The translations under genes and the position numbers were made by a program. DNA of 64,000 bases. It comes from Kofleriaceae bacterium (GTDB lineage Bacteria; Myxococcota_A; Polyangia; Haliangiales; Haliangiaceae). Shown piece by piece: positions 40,474 to 57,810 of this stretch; positions within the stretch are counted from its first letter, which is position 1; each line of letters opens with the position of its first letter. The notes beneath the pieces are model-generated. The model saw only the letters and a list, made by a program, of their open reading frames with translations, was not told the DNA's origin and made no database searches. The stretch spans positions 1 through 64,000 of the forward strand of contig JBKJLC010000283.1 in NCBI GenBank assembly GCA_046597055.1, written 5' to 3'.

Positions 40474-41384
40474 GCCGGGCGACCTGGCGGCTCGCGCTGG
40501 CCTGGCTCGGGCTGGTGCTCGCGCTCGGGCTCGGCGCCGACTGCGTGGCGGCGGCGCGGCCGCTGGTGGTCGAGCAGGGCGGCCAGCGGACCTGGTTCGC
40601 CAACCTGCGCGGCACCGGCCCGGCCGGCGACGCGCTGCGCGCGCGGCTGGGACCGGCGGACTGGGCGCTGTGGCCGCCGATCGCGGCCGATCCGATCGAT
40701 GTCCGGTCGACCGGACAGCTCGCGCCGCTGGCGCCGCCGTCGGCCGCGCACCGGCTCGGCACCGACGACCGCGGCCGCGACGTGGCCGCGCGCCTGGTCC
40801 ACGGCGCCCGCACCAGCCTGGTCACCGCCACGGTGGCGGCCGGCCTCGCGCTGGTCCTCGCGCTGGTCCTCGGGTTGATCGCGGTCCGCGCCGGCGGCGT
40901 GGTCCTGTCCGCGATCAGCGCCGGGGCCGACGTGCTCGCCACCGCGCCGGCCGTGCTCGGCGCGATCGCGGTCCAGGGGCTCACCGGCGCCCGCGGCCTC
41001 GGCGCGCTTGCGCTGCTGGTGGCGGTCCCGCGGGGCGCCGACACCGCGCGGCTGGTGATCGCCAGCTTGCGCGCGACCCTGGCCGAGCCCTACGCCGACG
41101 CCGCGCGTGCGATCGGCGCGTCGCCGCTCCGGGTCCTGATCCGGCACGCGCTCCCGCACGCGCTGCCGGTGCTCGCCGCCGCCACCGCGATCACCGCCGC
41201 CACCGCGATCCTGGCCGAGGCCGCGCTGACCTTCCTCGGTCTGGGCGCGCCGCCGCCGACGCCATCGTGGGGCGAGCTCCTGGCCCAGGCCTCGCAACAC
41301 GAGCTGCGCGCCTGGCTGTCAATCCCGGCCGGCGTCGCGGTCACGCTCACGACCGCCGCGCTGCTCCGCCTCGCGCGGCGCTGA
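40470..41384 (+). CDS. peptide ABC transporter permease (DppC/OppC-like)
   Basis: HRLGTDDRGRDVAARLVHGARTSL, YADAARAIGASPLRVLIRHALP and LTFLGLG...PSWG. Confidence 0.88.
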   Translation: MSRATWRLALAWLGLVLALGLGADCVAAARPLVVEQGGQRTWFANLRGTGPAGDALRARLGPADWALWPPIAADPIDVRSTGQLAPLAPPSAAHRLGTDDRGRDVAARLVHGARTSLVTATVAAGLALVLALVLGLIAVRAGGVVLSAISAGADVLATAPAVLGAIAVQGLTGARGLGALALLVAVPRGADTARLVIASLRATLAEPYADAARAIGASPLRVLIRHALPHALPVLAAATAITAATAILAEAALTFLGLGAPPPTPSWGELLAQASQHELRAWLSIPAGVAVTLTTAALLRLARR

Positions 41385-41408
41385 CGCGTGCGGCGGGGCT
41401 CGGCCCGG

Positions 41409-41768
41409 CTAGGCTTGGACGAGCGTCTTGAAGCCGCCGTAGATCATGCGCTTGGCGTCGAACGGCATGTGCTTGGGATCCATCATGGTGGCCAGGCGCG
41501 GGTCGGCCATGACCCGCTTGTTGATGCGATTGCGGTCCGCCTTCGACCGGTAGACGATGTACGCGAACACCACGGTCTCGTCGGGCTTCAGCTTCACGCT
41601 CTGCGGAAACGAGGTGGTCTTGCCGGGCTTGACGTCGTCGGCGACGTACTCGACGTAATCGAGCGCGCCGTGCTCGCGCCAGACCTTGCCGGCCTTGCGG
41701 GACATCTTGCGATAGGCGGCCAGGTTCTTCTTGGGGACGGGCACCACGAATCCATCGACGTAGCTCAT
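41409..41768 (-). CDS. DUF1428 family protein (YbaA-like)
   Basis: SD AGGAG; MSYVDGFVVPVP...WREHGALDYVE...MPFDAKRMIYGGF. Confidence 0.9.
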   Translation of the reverse strand: MSYVDGFVVPVPKKNLAAYRKMSRKAGKVWREHGALDYVEYVADDVKPGKTTSFPQSVKLKPDETVVFAYIVYRSKADRNRINKRVMADPRLATMMDPKHMPFDAKRMIYGGFKTLVQA

Positions 41769-41923
41769 CTCGGCTCTCCTCTGGGCGTTGCAGGCGACCG
41801 GCGCCGCGCCAGCCGGTCGGTCGACGGTCCCGATCGGCGCGGGCCTCGTCGGGCAGCCTAACCGCGCGGGGGTGGGGCGACAACCGCCGGCGCCGCGCGA
41901 CGCGAGCACGGGATCGCCCCAGG

Positions 41924-42349
41924 TCACGGGCGCGGCGGCGGCGGGAGCTGGCGGCGCGCGGCGGAGGCGACCACGAAGCCGGGTGTGGACATCGTCAGCA
42001 TGCGGGACGGATTCACCACGCCCTGGTCGCGGGCCCACTGCTCGGCAGCGAGGATCAGCGCCGCGCCCTCGGCGGTGTCGAGCAGCTGACCGAGCCGCCC
42101 GCGTGCGGCCTCGGTGAACCGGCGCATCGGGCCGGCGCGGACCGCGGCGACCACACCGCCCTCGTCCTCGTGGCGATGGGTGACCCGCAGCAGCAGCGGC
42201 TCGGGCGCGTGGACCACGACCACGCGATGGACCTCGCCGACCCCGCCGGCGCCGAGCCGGCCGCGGACCTCGAAGCGGTCGGCGCCCGCTGGCGTGGCGT
42301 CATCGATCGCCTCCGACCGGATCTCCTTCTTCCCGCCGGTCGAGACCAT
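41924..42349 (-). pseudogene. internally deleted, still in-frame remnant of a kinase-ATPase-TPR paralog (141 aa)
   Basis: Joins DRFEVRGRLGAGGVGEVHRV (kinase start), HAPEPLLLRVTHRHEDEGGVV (ATPase region) and a C-terminal tail resembling those of the adjacent paralogs. Confidence 0.75.
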
Positions 42350-42509
42350 CCCGGAGTATGCGGGCATCGACGAAGACGACCCGCCGCCGGGGGGCTGGCC
42401 ACGGGTAGCGCCCGGCATGCCCCCGGCGGTCCTCCCAACGCTTGCGTGTACGTGTGCCGGGCAGGTCGCCCCCGGCCGCGTCGCCGCGGTCGGCTTCGTG
42501 CTCGAGCGA

Positions 42510-46261
<3,752 letters not shown>

Positions 46262-46265
<4 letters not shown>

Positions 46266-46288
46266 CGGTTGCCCCCGTTCGACGTCAT
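46262..46288 (-). CDS. putative leaderless upstream ORF (MTSNGGNR)
   Basis: ATG lies 6 nt after a CATAAT -10-like box (46295-46300). Its TGA overlaps the kinase GTG at 46265. Confidence 0.5.
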
Positions 46289-46448
46289 CCGACGATTATG
46301 CGGCCCGGCGTCGGCCGAGCAAGCGCCCGGCCCGCCCAACCGCAGCCGGCAGCCGGCGCCGGCTGCGACATGGGCGTACCTCCCGCGGGTGCGCGCGCAC
46401 ACGCGCTCATGACCCTACCCACCGCGGCGGCCCGCGCCCGCGCCCCAG

Positions 46449-50251
<3,803 letters not shown>

Positions 50252-50255
<4 letters not shown>

Positions 50256-50278
50256 CCGGCTCCGGTGGTCGAGGACAT
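50252..50278 (-). CDS. putative leaderless upstream ORF (MSSTTGAG)
   Basis: ATG lies 6 nt after CATAAT (50285-50290). Its TGA overlaps the kinase GTG at 50255. Confidence 0.5.
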
Positions 50279-50360
50279 CGTCACATTATGCGGCGGCGCC
50301 GGTTCGCGGCAATCTCGGGTGCCCCGAGGGGCCGGGCCGCGGGGTATCGGGCGGGCACGC

Positions 50361-52043
50361 TCAGAAGGGTGATGACACGACCGTGCCGTGGAAGCTGGCG
50401 CTGACCTCGCCACCGCCGACGAGGGTGATCGCGGCCAGCTCGAGGGAGCCGTCGGTCACCAGCCCGATCAGCGTGTAGGTGCCGTCCGCGGGCTGGTAGC
50501 GGTGGACCCGGCCCTCCACCACGACCCCGTCGACCGGCAGGCGCACGCCCGGGCGGAGCCGCGCGACGTCGGTCTGGAGGTCGATCACGGCGACGGTGCC
50601 GTCGGCCAGCGCCGCGGTGAGCAGGATCCGCGCGCGCGTGGGCGTGGCCGGGATCGATCCGGCCGCGGCGCCGACCGCCCCGACCACGAGCGGCACGTCG
50701 TCGAGCGTCGCCACCAGCACGCCGCTCCCCGCCGCGAACGCGTCGGCGATCGCGGTGCCCCAGCGGGTGTGCAGTCGGCCGTCGAGGGTGCCGATGCGGT
50801 CGAGGCAGGGCGCCTCGCGGGGCGGCGCCGACCACTCTGGCGGGCCGGCGTCCAGCTCGGCGAGGATCGCGGCGCGGCGATCGCGCACGAACCCGCGGAC
50901 CTCGTCGATGCTCGCGGCCAGGCCGCGATCGCCAGCCGGATCGGCGATCGGCGCGATCAGCGCCTCCATGCGAGCGAGCTCGCGGCCGAGCGCGTCCTCG
51001 TCCCAGGCCTGGTCGAGCACGCGGCGCAAGGTCGCGAGGTAGCGATCGCGCGCGGCCGGCAGCCGGGCCAGGCGCCAGGGTGCGAGCGAGCCGGCGTGGA
51101 TGGAGACCAGGCCGGTGCCGAACGGGTCGGGGCCCGGCAGGAACGTGCGGTCAGTGCCCCACGGCAGGAGCTGGAAGCGATCGCGGGCCGGGTCGTGATA
51201 GGCGAAGAAGTTGTTGGCGTTGCCGGCGTAGCCGTCGCGGTGGGTGACCAGCACCTCGACCGCCCAGAACGTGAGGAGCGGGTCGAGCGCGATCACGGTG
51301 TCGACCGCGGCGAGCAGGGCCGGGTCGGGCTGCTCGAGCGCGGCGACCGCGGCGTCGAGATCGCGGCGATCGTCGACGGTCCGGTTGGTCTCGGCCTCGA
51401 ACGTCGCGGTCCAGCCGGCCCGGAAGTCGCTGAAGGTGCCCTCGTAGAGGTTGCCGCGATCATCGTCGAAGTGGCGCGCGACGAAGTCACGATCGATCGC
51501 CTCGACGTGCACGTACAGGCCGAGGTCGTCGCCGTTGACCCGGACGTGCGCGAAGTTGCACCGCGGCGCCGGCACGCCGGCGGCAGCGAACGTCTGGTAG
51601 CTCAGGCACTGCCGGACGTACGAGCGATCCTGCTCGGCATTGTTGAGCGTCAGCCCGTCGATCCCGAGCTGGCGGCGGCCGTCGACGTCGAGCGCGATCT
51701 TGAGGCTCGGCTTGGTCGTGCTGAGCGACCCGAGGAACCCCTTCTTGCGCACCCCGGCGCCGGCGACGCGGACCCCGTCGATGGTGACGATGGCCGGGAC
51801 GCCGGTGAATGGGCTCGGAAACGGTGCGGCCAGGCAGGCCCCGTAGACCGCGAGCCAGCTGCGGGTCTGTTCGCGCACGGTGTCCCAGTCGGCCGGCGCC
51901 AGCGCGATGTCGACCTCGACCACGTGGGCGGGGTCGAACCGGCGCGCGGCCGGGTCGAGGTCGGGCCCGGACCCCGCGCCGGGATCGGCCGCGCAGGCGA
52001 TCATCGCCAGCGCGATCAGCCCGGCGCCGGCGGTGCGGCTCAC
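50361..52043 (-). CDS. CotH kinase family lipoprotein
   Basis: GTGA overlap; MIAC lipobox; GVRKKGFLGS...KPSLKI, LTLNNAEQDRSYVRQCLSY, APRCNFAHVRVNG...GLYVHVE and DGYAGNANNFFAY...LPWGTD. Confidence 0.88.
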   Translation of the reverse strand: MSRTAGAGLIALAMIACAADPGAGSGPDLDPAARRFDPAHVVEVDIALAPADWDTVREQTRSWLAVYGACLAAPFPSPFTGVPAIVTIDGVRVAGAGVRKKGFLGSLSTTKPSLKIALDVDGRRQLGIDGLTLNNAEQDRSYVRQCLSYQTFAAAGVPAPRCNFAHVRVNGDDLGLYVHVEAIDRDFVARHFDDDRGNLYEGTFSDFRAGWTATFEAETNRTVDDRRDLDAAVAALEQPDPALLAAVDTVIALDPLLTFWAVEVLVTHRDGYAGNANNFFAYHDPARDRFQLLPWGTDRTFLPGPDPFGTGLVSIHAGSLAPWRLARLPAARDRYLATLRRVLDQAWDEDALGRELARMEALIAPIADPAGDRGLAASIDEVRGFVRDRRAAILAELDAGPPEWSAPPREAPCLDRIGTLDGRLHTRWGTAIADAFAAGSGVLVATLDDVPLVVGAVGAAAGSIPATPTRARILLTAALADGTVAVIDLQTDVARLRPGVRLPVDGVVVEGRVHRYQPADGTYTLIGLVTDGSLELAAITLVGGGEVSASFHGTVVSSPF

Positions 52044-53113
52044 GTGGTGACGGTGCAGCGGTTCGAGCAGCCGTCGAAGTCGTCGGGGTTGGCGTCGTCG
52101 CACTGCTCGCCGAGCTCGAGGACCCCGTTGCCGCACACCGCGGTCGGCAGCGGCGGCAGCTCGATGATGCAGGCGGCGCTGCAGCCATCGCCATCGACGG
52201 TGTTGGCGTCGTCGCAGCGCTCGCCAACGTCGAGCACGCCGTTGCCGCACGGCGCGGTGCCGCCGTCAGGGGACGTCCCGCCGTCAGGGCCGGTCGTCGC
52301 GTTGCACGCCAGCGTGACCGTGTTGCCATCGAGCGTCACCGCGCCGGTGTGCGCGAGCAGCCGGCCCGACACGGTCGCACCGGTGGTCGCCGTGATGCTC
52401 GCCGAGGCGAGGATGGTGCCGTGGAACCGGGTCGCGGTGCCGAGGGTCGCCGAGCTGCCGACCGCCCAGAACACGTTGCAGTCGCTGCCGCCATTGATGA
52501 CGAGCACCGACGAGTTGCTCGCGGTGGTGAGCGTGCTCGCGATGCGGAACACGAACACCGCGTCGGCCTGACCCTGGGCATCGAGGGTGAGCTGGCCGGT
52601 CAGCGCCGCCGACGGCGACGTGAAGCAGTAAACGCCGGGCGTGAGCACCGCGCCGCCCAGCTCGGCGTCGTCGCGCGTGACGTCGCACGGTTCGTCGTTG
52701 AGTCGGGTCCACGCGGCGTGGAGGTCGGTCTGCGCGCCGGCGGCCAGCGGGTCGGCCACGTGGATCGCGCCAACGACCTGGCCGGGCAGCAAGCCGGTGA
52801 CCGCGCTCCCCGGGCTGAGGCCGAGGTCGCCCTGGATCACGGTGGGCCCGGTGCTGGTCACCGTCGAGGCGCCGAGCACGAGGAAGCTCGCTGCGGTGCC
52901 GAGCATGGCGGCGTCGACCGAGGACTGCGGCGCCTGGGTGCACGCGGCCGGCACCAGCAGCGCGCACGGCACCAGGTAGCGGAGTCGGCGCGACCGATGC
53001 TTTGGTGATCCGTGGTCGAGGTCCTGATCGTCGACGGGCTGGGTGGTCGCGGTCGCGACCGAGCCAGTGGTGGTGGACGTGATGCCGGGGGTTCGGTTGC
53101 CAGGGTTGCGCAT
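52040..53113 (-). CDS. ice-binding-like (DUF3494) protein with two myxobacterial Cys-rich (DUF4215-type) repeats
   Basis: SD GAGGAG before ATG 53113. FLVLGASTVTSTGPTVIQGDLG, LTPGVYC, LTLDAQG, NVFWAVGSSATLGT and GRLLA...AVTLDGN. Two CGNGV...E.CDDAN...DGCS repeats. Confidence 0.88.
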   Translation of the reverse strand: MRNPGNRTPGITSTTTGSVATATTQPVDDQDLDHGSPKHRSRRLRYLVPCALLVPAACTQAPQSSVDAAMLGTAASFLVLGASTVTSTGPTVIQGDLGLSPGSAVTGLLPGQVVGAIHVADPLAAGAQTDLHAAWTRLNDEPCDVTRDDAELGGAVLTPGVYCFTSPSAALTGQLTLDAQGQADAVFVFRIASTLTTASNSSVLVINGGSDCNVFWAVGSSATLGTATRFHGTILASASITATTGATVSGRLLAHTGAVTLDGNTVTLACNATTGPDGGTSPDGGTAPCGNGVLDVGERCDDANTVDGDGCSAACIIELPPLPTAVCGNGVLELGEQCDDANPDDFDGCSNRCTVTT

Positions 53114-53494
53114 GCGGTCTCCTCGTCGGACGTGACACCCAGGTCGGGTGCAGCCGCCCTCCCGTTCGGAGTAGCAGCCGTCCGATTGCTGCCGTTGCAC
53201 CTTCCAAGCCGCAGTGTTTCGTCGCCGCGACGGCGTGTAGGCGCGCCGCCGCGCGCGAGTGCAACTGGTCGCAAGCAGCCACGGCGACCTCACGGATCCG
53301 ATCCGGATCACGGACACGCCGGCTCGCAGCACCGGTCGCCGGGGTGTGCGCAGCCGCTCCCTGGGCTGCTGCGCCTCCTTCTTGCCCGTACGCTGGGGTA
53401 CCTGTGCGCGGACCGGAACACCTGCCACGTCGGGCGACGGTCGGGATGTCCCGCCGTGCGGATCGAGGCGCTGCGATCCCGGGGCCGGTCCCGA

Positions 53495-56400
53495 TCAGCG
53501 GCAGTGCTTGAGGCCGTTGATCCAGGTCGAGATGAGCGCGAGGCCCGCGCGGTCGACGCGGCTGGTGCCGGTGCGGGGCATGCGCGCGGACGTCAGGGTC
53601 TTCATGCGCAGGGCCAGGACCGAGTGGGCCGCGTCGCCGGGGACGACCACGCGGGTGCCGCCCGGCAGGCGGAGGGCGGGTCGGACGTTGCAGATGTTCA
53701 TCGAGGCCAGGGGCGTCTCGAAGCGCAGGTCGAGGGCCGAGCCGGGTCCCGGGTGGCACGGCGCGCAGTTGGCGTGCAGGTAGGCGCGGGCGCGGCCGGC
53801 GGGCGCGGCGGTCGTGTCGGCGGGCTCGGGCAAGCGGGGGTGCCGCGCTGGATCCCGGAAGCTCGCGTCGAGCACGCCGAGGCTGGCGAGGGTCGCGAGC
53901 TGGTTCGCGCGCCGACCGGTCGGGTAGAGCACCTCGCGGTTGAGCTGCCCGGTCTCGAGGCCGAGCACCCGCCCGCGCGCGGGGGTGTGGCACCCGAGGC
54001 AGTCCTCGCGCGAGGGCACGGTCCACGGTGCGCCGCCGTCGCCGAGCTCGACCTTCACCGCGCCGGTCGCGAGCACCGCGTCGGTCTGCGACCGGTCCCA
54101 CACGTACGTGTAGCCGGCCCAGTCGCCGTCGTCGTGGTGCACCAGCAGGCGGGTCTCGATCCGGCGGCCCCCGAAGCTGAATTCTTTGATCAGGACGCTG
54201 CCGACCGGCAGCTCCCAGTCGCCGCCGGCCGCGACGGTGATGCGGCTGTCGTCGGGCAGCACCATCCACCGGCGCTTGCCGAGCCCGTCGGCCCACAGCT
54301 CGGCGTTGACCTCGTACGGGATCGCCGCCGCCACCGGCTGCGACGGCGCCCGCGGTTGCACGCAGCCGGTCGCCGACAGCATCGTCGCCGGACCGGTCGG
54401 GACCGCGGCCGGCGCTGGCGTGGTCGCGACCGCGGCGGCGCGACCCGAGGTGAGCTTGAACACGCCCTGACCGGCGGCCGGGTTGAGCGAGACGACGTAC
54501 AGCTCGCCGTGCTCGTCCTCGATGAACGAGGCCGGCGCGAACCGCGCGCACGGCGTGGCGAGCGCGACCCGCAGCTTGCGGGTGCGGGCGTAGGGATCGT
54601 CGAGCCCGTAGATCGTGCCGTCGCCGTTGTCGGCGACCAGGTAGGTGCCGATCAGCGCCGGCATCGCGGTCCCGCGATAGACCTGGCCGCCGATGATCGC
54701 CGTGCCCGCGCAGGTGCGGCTGGTCTGGGCCGGCAGCGCGGCGACCGCGGCGGTGATGGCGCCGCTGGCGTCGGTGCCCTCCTGGGTATCCCAGCCATGA
54801 TCGCCGTCGCGCGCGACCAGGTTGATCTCCTCGCTGCGCGCGCCGGTGTCGCCGACCCAGAGCTGCCCGCCCTTGCGATCGAAGCTGATCCGGAACGGGT
54901 TCCGGAACCCGCGCGCATAGACCTCGGGGCATGCATGCGCGGCATCGGGCAGCCCGCCGTTGCCCTCCTCGAAGCAGGGCGGGTTGGGCTTGCCGGCGCG
55001 GTCGAGCCGGTAGGGGTTGTCGGCCGGGATGCCGTACTGCTTGCCGGGCAGCGGCTTCGCGGCGTGCACGTCGAGGCGCAGGATCTTGCCGCGCAGGTTG
55101 GTGGGCTTGCGGGTGCGGGCGAAGATCTCGTCCTCGCCGACCGACATGTACAGGTGGCCGTCGGGGCCGAACACCACGTCGCCGCCGTAGTGATGGCTGC
55201 CGCCACCGGCCGACAGCAGCTTGACCTCGCCCGAGGCGACGTAGCTGCCGCTGCGGTTCTTGCGGACGTCCGCGCGGAACAGCGCGACGCTGCCCCAGCC
55301 GCCGCGCACGTAGTACACGTGGGCCCGCTTGGGGTCGGTCGCCAGCGCCGGGTCGAACGCGAGCCCGAGGAAGCCACCCTCGTTCTCCGAGAGGTCGCGC
55401 GCCGCGGGCACGTACGGGTCGATCAGGTTGGTCGCTGGCGGTTGGGTGGCGTTGACGTCGCTCACCTGGAACACCCGACCGCTGCGCAGGCCGATGAACC
55501 ACAGCCACTGCTGGTCGGGCATCCGCACGCGACGGGCGACGATCGGCGCGTTGTTGCCGAACGGCTTGCCGGGTCCGGTCGACAGCCGCGGAAACAGCGG
55601 CTGCAGCGCCAGGCCCCGGTCGCCGCCCTGGCGCGTGCGCTTGCCCCTGGGCGGCGCGGGCGCCGCGGGCGCGCCCGGTCGCGACGGGGCGGTGCAGGTC
55701 GGGTTGGCCGCTCGCGCGTCGAGGCCCGCGAGCGAGGCCACCGGCAACGGGACCGCCGGCGCGCGCGGCGGTGGGCCCGCATCGCCCGCGGTCGTCGCGA
55801 CCGGGGCGCGCGGGCGCGCGGGCCCGATCTCGTAGGTGACCTCGAGCGACGGCTTGTGGGTCGCGTGCCGCGACGCGTAGAGCTTGGCCACCTTCGCCCG
55901 GGTCTCGTTGACGAGCATGACGCCGTGGTTGGTCCGGGGATCGTCGATCCACCCCTGCACCACGTCGACATCGAGCGCGACGGTCTGGACCTCGACCCCG
56001 CGGCCCTGCCACGCCGTGATCGCGAACGACCTGCCGGCGACCACGTCGGTGCCCTGGCCACCGGCGCCCGGCTTGGCCCACGCGTGGTCGGCGTCGCGGT
56101 TGAGCCAGCCGAAGCGGGCCGAGCCCGGGTCCCATGCGGTGGTCAGGTAATGACCGCGGACGGTGAAGTCGCTGTCCCAGCTGGCGAACACCAGCCGCAG
56201 GGTCGCGCTGGTGACCCGGGCCCCCCGCGGCAGCGTGAGGCCGGTGAACCGGAGCAGCGGCTGGCTCTGGTAGCCGTCAGGGCCGGGCAGGTGCCAGCAG
56301 CCGAGCTCGGCGCTGCTGCGATCGGCCTCGCCGTTGCCGCCGCCCCGCGACAGGATGCTCACGTCGGTCACGCCGGTGGCGCGCACGGCCGCGGGCTCGT

Positions 56401-56530
56401 CGGGGGCGGCCGCCGCCGGCGACGGGGCATGGCACCCCGCAGAGATCAGGCCGACCAGACCCAGCACGCGCAGCGTGCTTGAAACGTTCCGCACGCCCGG
56501 CCCGCTACGACGACTCACCGTGAGATACAC
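53495..56530 (-). CDS. multidomain lipoprotein: DNRLRE-like domain + PQQ sugar dehydrogenase propeller + diheme c-type domain
   Basis: ISAGC lipobox (start may be GTG 56494). VVQGWIDDPRTNHGVML; EGGFLGLAFDP, HHYGGDVVFGPDG and GFRNPFRISFD; YEVNAELWADG...IETRLL; two CxxCH motifs (CLGCH, CAPCH). Confidence 0.85.
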   Translation of the reverse strand: MYLTVSRRSGPGVRNVSSTLRVLGLVGLISAGCHAPSPAAAAPDEPAAVRATGVTDVSILSRGGGNGEADRSSAELGCWHLPGPDGYQSQPLLRFTGLTLPRGARVTSATLRLVFASWDSDFTVRGHYLTTAWDPGSARFGWLNRDADHAWAKPGAGGQGTDVVAGRSFAITAWQGRGVEVQTVALDVDVVQGWIDDPRTNHGVMLVNETRAKVAKLYASRHATHKPSLEVTYEIGPARPRAPVATTAGDAGPPPRAPAVPLPVASLAGLDARAANPTCTAPSRPGAPAAPAPPRGKRTRQGGDRGLALQPLFPRLSTGPGKPFGNNAPIVARRVRMPDQQWLWFIGLRSGRVFQVSDVNATQPPATNLIDPYVPAARDLSENEGGFLGLAFDPALATDPKRAHVYYVRGGWGSVALFRADVRKNRSGSYVASGEVKLLSAGGGSHHYGGDVVFGPDGHLYMSVGEDEIFARTRKPTNLRGKILRLDVHAAKPLPGKQYGIPADNPYRLDRAGKPNPPCFEEGNGGLPDAAHACPEVYARGFRNPFRISFDRKGGQLWVGDTGARSEEINLVARDGDHGWDTQEGTDASGAITAAVAALPAQTSRTCAGTAIIGGQVYRGTAMPALIGTYLVADNGDGTIYGLDDPYARTRKLRVALATPCARFAPASFIEDEHGELYVVSLNPAAGQGVFKLTSGRAAAVATTPAPAAVPTGPATMLSATGCVQPRAPSQPVAAAIPYEVNAELWADGLGKRRWMVLPDDSRITVAAGGDWELPVGSVLIKEFSFGGRRIETRLLVHHDDGDWAGYTYVWDRSQTDAVLATGAVKVELGDGGAPWTVPSREDCLGCHTPARGRVLGLETGQLNREVLYPTGRRANQLATLASLGVLDASFRDPARHPRLPEPADTTAAPAGRARAYLHANCAPCHPGPGSALDLRFETPLASMNICNVRPALRLPGGTRVVVPGDAAHSVLALRMKTLTSARMPRTGTSRVDRAGLALISTWINGLKHCR

Positions 56531-56615
56531 GCGTGAGTATCGAACCTGGCGCGCCCGGCTGCAACGTCGCTCGTGCGCGAGGCCACACGCGGCCAGCTGG
56601 CCCGGCCCGGCGAAG

Positions 56616-57656
56616 CTACCCGCCGGCGCGCTCCCCGAGGCTGGGACCGGCCTCGGCCGGGTCCGATCCAGGCTGCTGCCGCTGGCCGGCCGGCGCCAGG
56701 ACCTCGACCGGCACGGTCACGTGCATGCCACCGGGCACCTCGCCGCGGACCTCGATCCGGCCCGGCGACCCGGCGACCACGTACACGCAGTTGCGCGGGA
56801 AGAACCGCACCAGGGTCGCGCCCGCGCTGACCGTGAACGTCCATGGCGCGAACACGACGTCGGCGGCGCCCGCCGACGCCTCGAAGCACACCAGGTCGGC
56901 GTTGCCGGCCGCGACCGGCGCGTCGTTCACCCGCCGGCCGCGCACCGCATCGAGGGTGGTCGTCGCCGCGACGGTGAACTCCCGCGGCTCGGCCAGGTCG
57001 CCCGCGGCGACCGTCAGCGCGAGCCCGGCGGGGCCGACCGTTTGCCGGCGCACGTCCCACGCCAGCGTGGTGAACGGCGCGCCATCGGTCGACCTCACCG
57101 CCATGGCCTCGTCGACCAGCGGGCGGCCATCGGCGGCGTGCAGCCCGATCAGCAGCGCGGCGTCGGCGCCGGTCCATACCTGCCACGGGCGCGCGCGGTC
57201 GGACCGGTACGCGAGCTGCGGATCGGGCTCGAGGTGAACCCGGGCGAGCGCCGCGGCGTGGACCTCGACCTGATCGATCAGCCCGTCGCGGTCGTCGATG
57301 CGCAGCAGCGCGGTGCCGGCGGCGCGGCCAGTGAGCATCACGACGTGGCCCTGCGTGCGCGCCACCGCGACCGCAGCTCCGTCAGTGCCAGCCTGGTAGC
57401 CCGCGGTCAGCGCGCGGCCGCTGGCGTGGTCGCGGACCTCGACCGACTGGACGCCGCCGATCGCCGTGACCTTGACGTCTTCGTCCCCGAAGCAGGCCTG
57501 ACCGAACGCCGGACCGCTGAACTCGAGGCGCTCGGGAGCCGCGATCGAGCACGGCGTGGCGGGACACGGACCGGCGTCGGCACGCTCGCGGGGCTCGACG
57601 CAGCCGGCCGACCCGACGAAGCCGAGGCACCCAACCGCCAGCGCGACGCGAAGCAT
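56616..57656 (-). CDS. hypothetical lipoprotein (beta-rich, Ig-like)
   Basis: ATG 57656; GSAGC lipobox; typical GC3. Confidence 0.65.
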   Translation of the reverse strand: MLRVALAVGCLGFVGSAGCVEPRERADAGPCPATPCSIAAPERLEFSGPAFGQACFGDEDVKVTAIGGVQSVEVRDHASGRALTAGYQAGTDGAAVAVARTQGHVVMLTGRAAGTALLRIDDRDGLIDQVEVHAAALARVHLEPDPQLAYRSDRARPWQVWTGADAALLIGLHAADGRPLVDEAMAVRSTDGAPFTTLAWDVRRQTVGPAGLALTVAAGDLAEPREFTVAATTTLDAVRGRRVNDAPVAAGNADLVCFEASAGAADVVFAPWTFTVSAGATLVRFFPRNCVYVVAGSPGRIEVRGEVPGGMHVTVPVEVLAPAGQRQQPGSDPAEAGPSLGERAGG

Positions 57657-57810
57657 GTCGTGGGCGAGAGCAGCTGGCGTGCCAGCGCCAGCGAGCTGCA
57701 TCCACCGGACTTACGCGCAGCCGCGCCGCGGCGCGGCCTGCGCCCCTGACAGACGTGTGCGGTGAACCGTCAGCGAGTGTCGAACCGCCGACACCTGCCC
57801 ACGCAGGGAG

